From a bacterium (GTDB lineage: Bacteria > Vulcanimicrobiota > Xenobia > Xenobiales > JADMJV01): a stretch of DNA of 64,000 bases. A program made the translations under genes and the position numbers. This document shows, piece after piece, positions 57,325 through 64,000 of the stretch. The notes beneath the pieces are model-generated. The model was not told where the DNA came from. It did not search any database and saw nothing but the letters and a program-made list of their open reading frames with translations. The stretch's first letter is position 1; each line of letters begins with the position of its first letter. Location: the NCBI GenBank assembly GCA_030149525.1, contig JASBRJ010000206.1, positions 20,460 to 84,459 of the forward strand, given 5' to 3'.

Positions 57325-58208
57325 GGCTTGCGAAATCCTTGATATCGCCGCCAGCTTTGGAAGCCGATCTTTTCGTAAAACGACCCGATAGCGGTCCAGT
57401 CGACGACCGTCTCAACCACGCCTCGGGAGGCCAGGTAGTTGAGGGCTTGCTCAACGATCTTCTTGCCAAGACCCTGGCCGCGATAGGACTCTCGGACGCC
57501 CACCGGCCCGATTCCACCGTAGTTTTCGTATTGATGTCTGTGCCAGAACACACTTGGGCCGAGCAGGCGACTCCCTTTATGATAGCTGTGACAGAACGCT
57601 ATTGGAGCGCCCTCTTGCTCGATGATAAGAATATCCTCGTGGTCACCGGAGTGAAAACGAGCGGCCGTGTCCTCCGCCCACCGTTGAGAGAACTCTTCGC
57701 CCACCATGCCGACAACGGCGTCTCGCTCCTCGGGTCGACAGCTTCGGAACTCGGGCGGTCTTGAGTCGAGACTGATAAAGAGATCTTCGGCTTCATAGTC
57801 CGGCTCGAAGCCGTGATAGCGGAGAAAGGCACGGGCCTCGTCCCACTCTTCTCCCACCGGAAGACCTGGGAAAAAGTGGGCCGGGCCGCCACCGAATCGA
57901 ACGGGACCTGCCTTGAGCACATCTTCCAGGAGAAGGGAGCCAAGCTTGGTACGGCGTCTGTCCGGGGCCACTCCCATGGCGTCGATCACTGTTTGATTCT
58001 GCCAGCGGCGGGCGATGAGAAAGGCGCAAATTTCGCCTTTCTCAACGATAACCGAGCTTCGGTTGGTATGCCAGCTTCGATGTTCGAAGGTCAGTTGACG
58101 AATAAGGCGCTCGTCCATAGGGAAATCTGAGGGAAACCAAGCGTTCCAACAAGCGGTCATTTTCTCCACACTCTCCACCGTGGGAGAGGCAACGAATTTC
58201 TCGAACAT
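57321..58208 (-). CDS. GNAT-family acetyltransferase (tandem GNAT-like halves)
   Basis: C-terminal motif A GIGPVGVRESYRGQGLGKKIV. The start was taken at MFEKFV. Its stop overlaps the symporter start by 4 nt. Confidence 0.55.
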   Translation of the reverse strand: MFEKFVASPTVESVEKMTACWNAWFPSDFPMDERLIRQLTFEHRSWHTNRSSVIVEKGEICAFLIARRWQNQTVIDAMGVAPDRRRTKLGSLLLEDVLKAGPVRFGGGPAHFFPGLPVGEEWDEARAFLRYHGFEPDYEAEDLFISLDSRPPEFRSCRPEERDAVVGMVGEEFSQRWAEDTAARFHSGDHEDILIIEQEGAPIAFCHSYHKGSRLLGPSVFWHRHQYENYGGIGPVGVRESYRGQGLGKKIVEQALNYLASRGVVETVVDWTAIGSFYEKIGFQSWRRYQGFRKP

Positions 58209-58290
58209 GGGAGCTGATTTTCCATGCAACGGTGAGCAGCCTTTTTTGCCGGAAAGGTACACTCTGGACGGGTTTCGAAACGCCGCTGCG

Positions 58291-60090
58291 ATGAGTACTA
58301 GCCTGCAAGAAAAAACCGAAAAGCAAAGAGACATGCTGGCCCAGTGGGCCTTCGACACCCGACCTATTCTAGGCCGATTTCACATCTGGTTAGAGGACGT
58401 GGAAACGGAATGGACCAGGGGGCGTCCCGATCCGAACAAGCCGAGCGATATGTCTTTTGTGCCCGGAGGTCTGGAGCGACAGTTGGCCCTGACTTGTGCC
58501 GTCACTGCTCTAGGCACCCGACTTTTCGGTCGCTACGGTGAAGGCGAGGGTCTGGATAAGGCCGGGATAAACGCGGTCAAGAAAGACGCCGATGCCATTT
58601 CCGCCTATGCTATGTCGGAGGGGCTGTGGTATCTGACTCGTCATCTTCCCGAGAATCACGCGATTATGGTTTGCCTAGGGGAGGGCTTGATGCCCAAGGC
58701 CGGGGAAACGGAAGAGATGGGCAGCAATCCCAATCTGGGTTTCGGCCGCGTCTATGCAAGGCCCGAAGTCGCCAAATACCTGGACGGGAAGGTTTTGAAG
58801 TTGCTCAACGATCCCGCCTACGGTTGGAACGGTTTCTATCGCGATATCCAGAAGGCTGGTATCACGGTATGGGGAGCCGCCATCGACACGCTGGAGAACA
58901 CATCTCGTTTTGCCCTGGGTCGAGAAGAGGGCACTATGACCATCCTCCATGTTTTCGATCAACCGCTACATATCCTCAGGCCCTATGAGGGGTATATGGG
59001 AGCTTTAACTCTTCCTAAAGAGGTGGAAGAGCAGGCCGCCGCGGAGGCTATCCTCATCGACTATCGCACGCCGCGACGCCTTGTTTTGAAGGCGATCCAA
59101 GCAACCTACCCTGGAATCAAACCTGAAAACATCCATGTCTGGACCTTAGGCGGAAGCAGTCGAGTGAAGCGCCTTTCCGGTCTTTGGAAAGAGTGGCAAG
59201 ATGTGGGCGTGCATCTGGTGGAAAAAGGGTGGAAGCTCCCCGATGGAGGCGAGATTTTTACCGAGTCGGGAACCTATTCACCCACCCATTCCATCGGAAC
59301 ATGGGAGGACGAAAACGGTGAAACCCACCTCTTCCTCTGCGACGGCTACGCCGCCTCGGCCGAGGCTCTTCAGGCGGCAAGCCTGGCCCCCATTCTCGGC
59401 CTCCATACCTCTCTTTCGGTCTTTACCTCGAAATTTTCTCTGCCTTACGATAAAGAGCGTAAGGTGATGCTCCTCGATCCCGAGTCCGACGACTTCCATC
59501 GAAAGCTCAGCGAATTGATCGGAGAGGACGTCGATCAGGAGACCTGTGAACACTACCGGGAGATGATCGCAGAAGCGGCCGACGCCGGTATAAATCTGGA
59601 GAAAGCCACCCTCAATGCCGATGATTTTTTCCCTGAGAAAAAGTGGGGTGTTTTGGCTTTGGGAAGCTACATGGGATACGACCCGTACACCGCCACCGAA
59701 GGTGTGGTGAAGGTCGCCCAAGATACCTACCGAGTCACGGTGAGGCTCGTCTCCCGCAAGGTGGCTAAGCTCGTGACTCTGACTCTTCGACTCATGGAGG
59801 GTGAGGAAGAGAGCCGCACCATCTTCCAGCCGCTTCTCACCCGTTTCTTAGCCGGTGAGGATTTCCGCGATCGCCCGGTCAAGATCTCCGACTCCGGTCG
59901 AATCCGGAACGAACTGCAGACCCTCTGTGCCGAAGCGCTGGAGTTTCCCACAAGAGACAATATGCAAGTCCACTTCGACCGGATCCCCGACTCCATCTTC
60001 AGTCCATCGAAGCGGGACCGGCTCAAGGAGCTGTTGATTTGGTATAAAGAACGGCATCCGGTTTGGTTCTCTTGGTTGGAAGTGGTTTAG
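58291..60090 (+). CDS. Hypothetical protein (600 aa)
   Basis: Long ORF of coding-like composition. The first ~30 codons of the ORF-track version (58180) overlap the convergent GNAT gene, so an internal ATG was chosen; the start is uncertain. No recognisable motif. Confidence 0.45.
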   Translation: MSTSLQEKTEKQRDMLAQWAFDTRPILGRFHIWLEDVETEWTRGRPDPNKPSDMSFVPGGLERQLALTCAVTALGTRLFGRYGEGEGLDKAGINAVKKDADAISAYAMSEGLWYLTRHLPENHAIMVCLGEGLMPKAGETEEMGSNPNLGFGRVYARPEVAKYLDGKVLKLLNDPAYGWNGFYRDIQKAGITVWGAAIDTLENTSRFALGREEGTMTILHVFDQPLHILRPYEGYMGALTLPKEVEEQAAAEAILIDYRTPRRLVLKAIQATYPGIKPENIHVWTLGGSSRVKRLSGLWKEWQDVGVHLVEKGWKLPDGGEIFTESGTYSPTHSIGTWEDENGETHLFLCDGYAASAEALQAASLAPILGLHTSLSVFTSKFSLPYDKERKVMLLDPESDDFHRKLSELIGEDVDQETCEHYREMIAEAADAGINLEKATLNADDFFPEKKWGVLALGSYMGYDPYTATEGVVKVAQDTYRVTVRLVSRKVAKLVTLTLRLMEGEEESRTIFQPLLTRFLAGEDFRDRPVKISDSGRIRNELQTLCAEALEFPTRDNMQVHFDRIPDSIFSPSKRDRLKELLIWYKERHPVWFSWLEVV

Positions 60091-60131
60091 ACCCTCGAGG
60101 ACCCTCCAACCGTAGGACGAACTCTTAACCT

Positions 60132-62003
60132 GTGGACACCCTACTCGTTGCCGTTTTAAGTTTCTTCGGATTTATCGTCGCCTACCGCACTTACGGACGG
60201 TGGTTATCGGAGAAGGTTTTTCGGCTGGACGACGGGCGGCCTGTTCCTGCCGTTGAACTTCAGGATGGGGCCGATTTTGTTCCCACTAAGCGCTCGGTGG
60301 TGTTCGGTCACCACTTTACATCCATTGCCGGCACCGGGCCGATTGTCGGTCCGGCTATCGCGGTTTTTTGGGGCTGGCTTCCGGCTCTCTTATGGGTCGT
60401 CTTGGGCTCCATATTCATAGGGGCCGTCCACGATTTCGGAGCGTTGGTCGTCTCGCTACGCAATCAGGGAAAAACGGTGGGAGAGTTGTCGGGTAAGTAC
60501 ATCTCTCCCCGGGCCCGCTTTATTTTTCTGGTTATCCTGTTCTTTGCGCTCACCATTGTGCTGGGCGTCTTCGGGTTAGTTATCGCCATCATTTTTAGTC
60601 TTTATCCCGAGACGGTTCTGTCGGTCTGGCTGGAGGTCCCCATCGCCGTGGTGATCGGTTGGTGGGCCTATAAAAAGGGGGGGGATCTCCTCCTTCCGTC
60701 GCTCGTGGCTCTAGGGCTCATGTACGGCGCCATTTACGTGGGGTGCTACTACCTCCCCATCGATCTCACACAGTTGCTGGGAATCCCTCTCTTCAGCCAA
60801 AGTGTGGTGAACAGCGTGGTGATTTGGACAGCCGTTCTCTTTGTCTATTGTTCCATCGCCTCCGTACTGCCGGTCTGGGCTCTACTTCAGCCCCGCGACT
60901 ATATCAATAGCCATCAACTGGTAGTGGCCCTGGGTCTTCTGGTTCTCGGATTGACTGCGGCGGGAGTTACCGGTCAGGCTCAGTTGATGGAGACCGCTCC
61001 AGCGGTGGCGCAACAGATCCCCGCCGACGCCCCGCCTATCTTTCCGTTTCTGTTCGTCACTATCGCCTGCGGCGCGGTGAGTGGGTTTCACTGCCTCGTC
61101 TCCTCAGGAACCTCCAGCAAGCAGTTGGCCTGCGAGACCGATGCTCAATCGGTAGGCTACGGAGCTATGTTACTGGAGGGGGCCCTGGCCGTGATCGTTA
61201 TCCTTTGCTGCTGCTCCGGTCTGGGGATGGGTCAGTGGGACCGAGTGGTCGAGGGAAATCAATACTCCTACAAAGCCAGGGTGGACGAGTCGGGAGAACG
61301 CATCTTGGGAGCCAAAGCCTGGCAGACCCATTATGCGGCCGTGGTCAAGGTGAAAAACGAAGATGGAACGGTGACCGAAAAGGGAGGCTGGAGCAGCCAC
61401 AGTTTGGCCAAAAAGATAGGCGGTTTTGTTGAAGGGGGAGCCAACTTTCTCAGCACTCTGGGCCTTCCTATAAAGCTTTCTATAGCCATCATCGCGGTTC
61501 TGGTGGCAAGCTTTGCCGCCACAACCCTCGACACGGCTACGCGACTGCAGCGCTATGTCGTGACGGAGTTGGGCCGAACCGTCAATTTCACAGCCCTCGA
61601 GAACAAGTACGTTGCAACAGGTGTGGCAGTCGTGGCCGGACTTCTTGTGGCCATGGTCCCCGGCGCCAACGGTCCAGGAAGCGGCGGCCTGATCCTCTGG
61701 CCACTCTTCGGCGCGGTAAATCAGCTACTGGCCGGGCTTGCTTTCATGGTGGTGGCTTTCTTCCTCAAGAAAAACGAGAGGCCCGTCTTTTTTATGGTGC
61801 CTCCCGCTGTTTTGATGCTTGTCATGCCCGCCTGGGCCATGACCTGGCGTATGTTCAACGGTACCAGTGGCTGGCTTGCGACCGGCAACTACCTCTTACT
61901 CACCTTCGGTTCTGTCATCCTGGTCCTCCAGGCCCTTATGGTCTGGGAAGGTGTCCGGATAATGAGGAAGGTCACCCCTAAAAGTGAATCGATTTCGCGG
62001 TGA
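60132..62003 (+). CDS. cstA: Carbon starvation protein A family transporter
   Basis: GTG start. HHFTSIAGTGPIVGPAIAVFWGWLPALLWVVLGSIFIGAVHDFG is the CstA N-terminal signature. Confidence 0.9.
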   Translation: MDTLLVAVLSFFGFIVAYRTYGRWLSEKVFRLDDGRPVPAVELQDGADFVPTKRSVVFGHHFTSIAGTGPIVGPAIAVFWGWLPALLWVVLGSIFIGAVHDFGALVVSLRNQGKTVGELSGKYISPRARFIFLVILFFALTIVLGVFGLVIAIIFSLYPETVLSVWLEVPIAVVIGWWAYKKGGDLLLPSLVALGLMYGAIYVGCYYLPIDLTQLLGIPLFSQSVVNSVVIWTAVLFVYCSIASVLPVWALLQPRDYINSHQLVVALGLLVLGLTAAGVTGQAQLMETAPAVAQQIPADAPPIFPFLFVTIACGAVSGFHCLVSSGTSSKQLACETDAQSVGYGAMLLEGALAVIVILCCCSGLGMGQWDRVVEGNQYSYKARVDESGERILGAKAWQTHYAAVVKVKNEDGTVTEKGGWSSHSLAKKIGGFVEGGANFLSTLGLPIKLSIAIIAVLVASFAATTLDTATRLQRYVVTELGRTVNFTALENKYVATGVAVVAGLLVAMVPGANGPGSGGLILWPLFGAVNQLLAGLAFMVVAFFLKKNERPVFFMVPPAVLMLVMPAWAMTWRMFNGTSGWLATGNYLLLTFGSVILVLQALMVWEGVRIMRKVTPKSESISR

Positions 62004-62337
62004 TGGTTCCGTCCCACCCGCGTCCGCCGTTCAGTCGGAGAATGTCACCCTTTTTGACGGTGTTGAAGAAACCGTCGTAGGTGAGGATCTCATCCTTGAA
62101 GGTCTGCTTGGCAAGATAGGTCCGTTTGACAAACTTGGTGGTGGCTTTCACATAAAGCCAGTTCTGTCTCTTGTTGGGGTCGGCATCGGGAAGAGCCACG
62201 CCTAATCTCTGCTTGTGGGGCTGCATATCGACCACTCGGTATTCTCCTTTCACGGTGACCAGTTGGGCCTGTGACGCGCCGGAGCATGCCAGGACCAGAA
62301 GCGTCAGGAGAATTGTCTTCAAAATAGGTGCTTTCAT
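61978..62337 (-). CDS. Small secreted protein
   Basis: Signal peptide MKAPILKTILLTLLVLACSGASQA. Its 3' end overlaps the cstA 3' end by 26 nt (convergent). Confidence 0.5.
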   Translation of the reverse strand: MKAPILKTILLTLLVLACSGASQAQLVTVKGEYRVVDMQPHKQRLGVALPDADPNKRQNWLYVKATTKFVKRTYLAKQTFKDEILTYDGFFNTVKKGDILRLNGGRGWDGTITAKSIHF

Positions 62338-62406
62338 AAAACCTCCACGATCAATAAAACCCCTATTTTAAGTAGGGGTTGCGTATACCTTGGATGGGGG
62401 TGCTGT

Positions 62407-62853
62407 TTACTGAAGTTTTTCGGCGGCTGCCTGAACGGCTTCAGGGTGGCGAAGCATTTCCGAGAGCGACATTCCGGTGGCGGCTCGGAGGATACCGAGA
62501 TGTAAGTTGCCGGGAAGTCCTGCAGCAAAGTCCATGCCGTAGGTGTCTCTCAGGGTTTCGATGTGGGTATCGCCTCGTTTGGCACGGATACGACCGTCTT
62601 GATTTCTATGGCGACCGTTGAGCCCGGGCTCGTGGGTCACTTCGGGGTCGGCTTTCACCATTTGGGACAGACTCATGCCTCTCAGTTCGCGGAGAGTGGA
62701 TAGGTGAGTGTCTCCCCGCCTGTCGGAAATCTCACCATACTTGTCTTCCAGAGTGGATAGGTGAGTGTCGCCGCGCTTCTGGCGAAGCTGGCCATTGGTT
62801 TTATTTCTGCTCCGGATGCCTCGCATACCGGGCGCATCGTGTTGAATTCGCAT
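62407..62853 (-). CDS. RGD-repeat hypothetical protein
   Basis: Three copies of [KR]RGDTH[LI]xTL[ER][DE]xYG and two GMSLS[QE]M segments; the DNA shows matching ~24-nt direct repeats. Confidence 0.5.
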   Translation of the reverse strand: MRIQHDAPGMRGIRSRNKTNGQLRQKRGDTHLSTLEDKYGEISDRRGDTHLSTLRELRGMSLSQMVKADPEVTHEPGLNGRHRNQDGRIRAKRGDTHIETLRDTYGMDFAAGLPGNLHLGILRAATGMSLSEMLRHPEAVQAAAEKLQ

Positions 62854-62985
62854 AACGGACTCCTGCGTCGTTGAGTTGCCCCATTATGGCGTATATTCAC
62901 AAAGTCATGGTTGACAGCTGTTAGCGAAAGGAGAACAACATGTTAACGGACGGTTGAAATCTTTCGGTTCGGGAAATCAGAAAGT

Positions 62986-63810
62986 ATGAAATCGCTGCTT
63001 TACCTTAGCCTTCTTGCTTGTTTTGTGTCTCTTGCCTCGGCCGAGTCCGTCTCGCCCGACTATCAGAAGGAACTTGAGGCTTATCATCAGCGCCGCTTGG
63101 CCAAGTTGACTCACGAAGATGGATACTTAAGTTTGGTCGGCCTTCACTGGCTTTCAGACAAGCCACAAGAGATCGAGGAGATAGGAGTGGCCTGGCTCGA
63201 GGAGGGTAAGGTTCAGATCTTGCTGCGAGAAGGTCACACTTTTCAAGGGCAACCGGTGGACAATGTGACCTTAGGCCTGGATAAAAAAGAGGGTCAAGAT
63301 TTCGTGAGCAAGGGAAGTCGCAAGTTTTACGCTGTAAAAAGAGGGCCCTGGGTGGGATTGCGAGTGAAAGACTCACAAGCCCTCACTCGCACCGGCTTCC
63401 AACCAATTGAGCGGTTTGAACCGAGTCTGGAGTGGCGCCTCACGGGCCGTCTCGAGGCTGCTCACGAGTCGGTGGCCGTAGCCTCGGTGGTGGGTGTTGC
63501 CACTGAAGAGGAAAGCCCGGGCTTTGCCGTCTTCGAGAAGAACGGGGTACGGTGTCGGATGCGTCTCATCGGTGCTCCCGACGATCAACAGTTTTTTTTA
63601 GTGTTCAGTGACGCCAGCGCTGGAAAGTCCACCTACACGGCTTGTCGATTTTTGACCGTGGAACGAGGGGAGGGAGACAGTCTGATCATCGATTTCAACA
63701 AGAGTATCAACCCCGCCTGTGCCTTCACTCAATACGCAACCTGTCCGCTGCCCCCGGAAGAGAACGTACTGCCGTTTGCTGTCCTTGCCGGAGAGAAGAA
63801 ACCCCACTGA
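62986..63810 (+). CDS. DUF1684-family secreted protein
   Basis: Signal peptide, then YHQRRLAKLTHEDGYLSLVGLHWL and a C-terminal FNKSINPACAFTQYATCPLPPEENVLPFAVLAGEK (DUF1684 FNxAYNPxCA...CPxPP pattern). Confidence 0.75.
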   Translation: MKSLLYLSLLACFVSLASAESVSPDYQKELEAYHQRRLAKLTHEDGYLSLVGLHWLSDKPQEIEEIGVAWLEEGKVQILLREGHTFQGQPVDNVTLGLDKKEGQDFVSKGSRKFYAVKRGPWVGLRVKDSQALTRTGFQPIERFEPSLEWRLTGRLEAAHESVAVASVVGVATEEESPGFAVFEKNGVRCRMRLIGAPDDQQFFLVFSDASAGKSTYTACRFLTVERGEGDSLIIDFNKSINPACAFTQYATCPLPPEENVLPFAVLAGEKKPH

Positions 63811-64000
63811 TCAAAGCAAGGTTTAACGTTTCTATTACGATGACCGGATAGGCTCGCGCTCTATGAAAGCCCCAGCCTCCCCCCTAAACGCACGCCCTTT
63901 CGCCGAGTTCAGGCCGACCCACAGCCCACATCGGTTCACCCCCACGGTGACGGCCCGTCAACAAGCCCTCGAAGAGCTGCAGGACACAGAACATGTTCCC

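Noticed and set aside
62371-62470. GGTGCTGTTTAC segment resembling the 5' part of bacterial SRP (4.5S) RNA
   Set aside because: It lacks the conserved domain IV GGAAGCAGC / GNRA helix and lies inside the coding 3' end of the RGD-repeat gene.
63863-64000. Possible start of a plus-strand CDS running off the window (46 codons, no stop)
   Set aside because: Too short and Pro/Ala-rich to judge, with no motif, so it was not called.
1-64000. CRISPR arrays, rRNA and tRNA genes
   Set aside because: No regularly spaced direct repeats and no tRNA- or rRNA-like conserved blocks were seen in the intergenic regions I inspected. An automated tRNAscan/Infernal pass would be needed to exclude them completely.

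Overview
This 64 kb window reads as a bacterial chromosomal segment of moderately high GC (roughly 55-60% by eye, not computed). Coding density is high (about 55 CDS), and many neighbouring genes overlap by 1-4 nt. I found no rRNA or tRNA genes and no CRISPR arrays by eye.

Recognisable housekeeping genes are fusA (EF-G), glgA, secA, trxA, a cysK-type cysteine synthase, cstA, a PEP-synthase-like enzyme, an SSS-family symporter, thiopurine S-methyltransferase and a Bpt-type aminoacyl-transferase. Between them are accessory-looking genes: a secreted TPR-CHAT protein, a DUF222-HNH endonuclease beside an 800 bp stretch with no ORFs, an HExxH zincin flanked by glycine-zipper segments, a triple DUF883 repeat protein, and a run of five co-directional enzyme genes.

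The most unusual locus lies at about 48.4-51.7 kb. It holds (i) a Met/Gln/Cys/Gly-rich low-complexity protein with a perfect Shine-Dalgarno, (ii) a bacterial cereblon-like (CULT) domain protein, and (iii) a D-amino-acid-oxidase-like flavoenzyme that appears circularly permuted, whose start codon overlaps the stop of an unknown multi-pass membrane protein.

Every call rests on reading the supplied ORF translations and the DNA directly; no database searches were run. Family assignments are therefore motif-level inferences.
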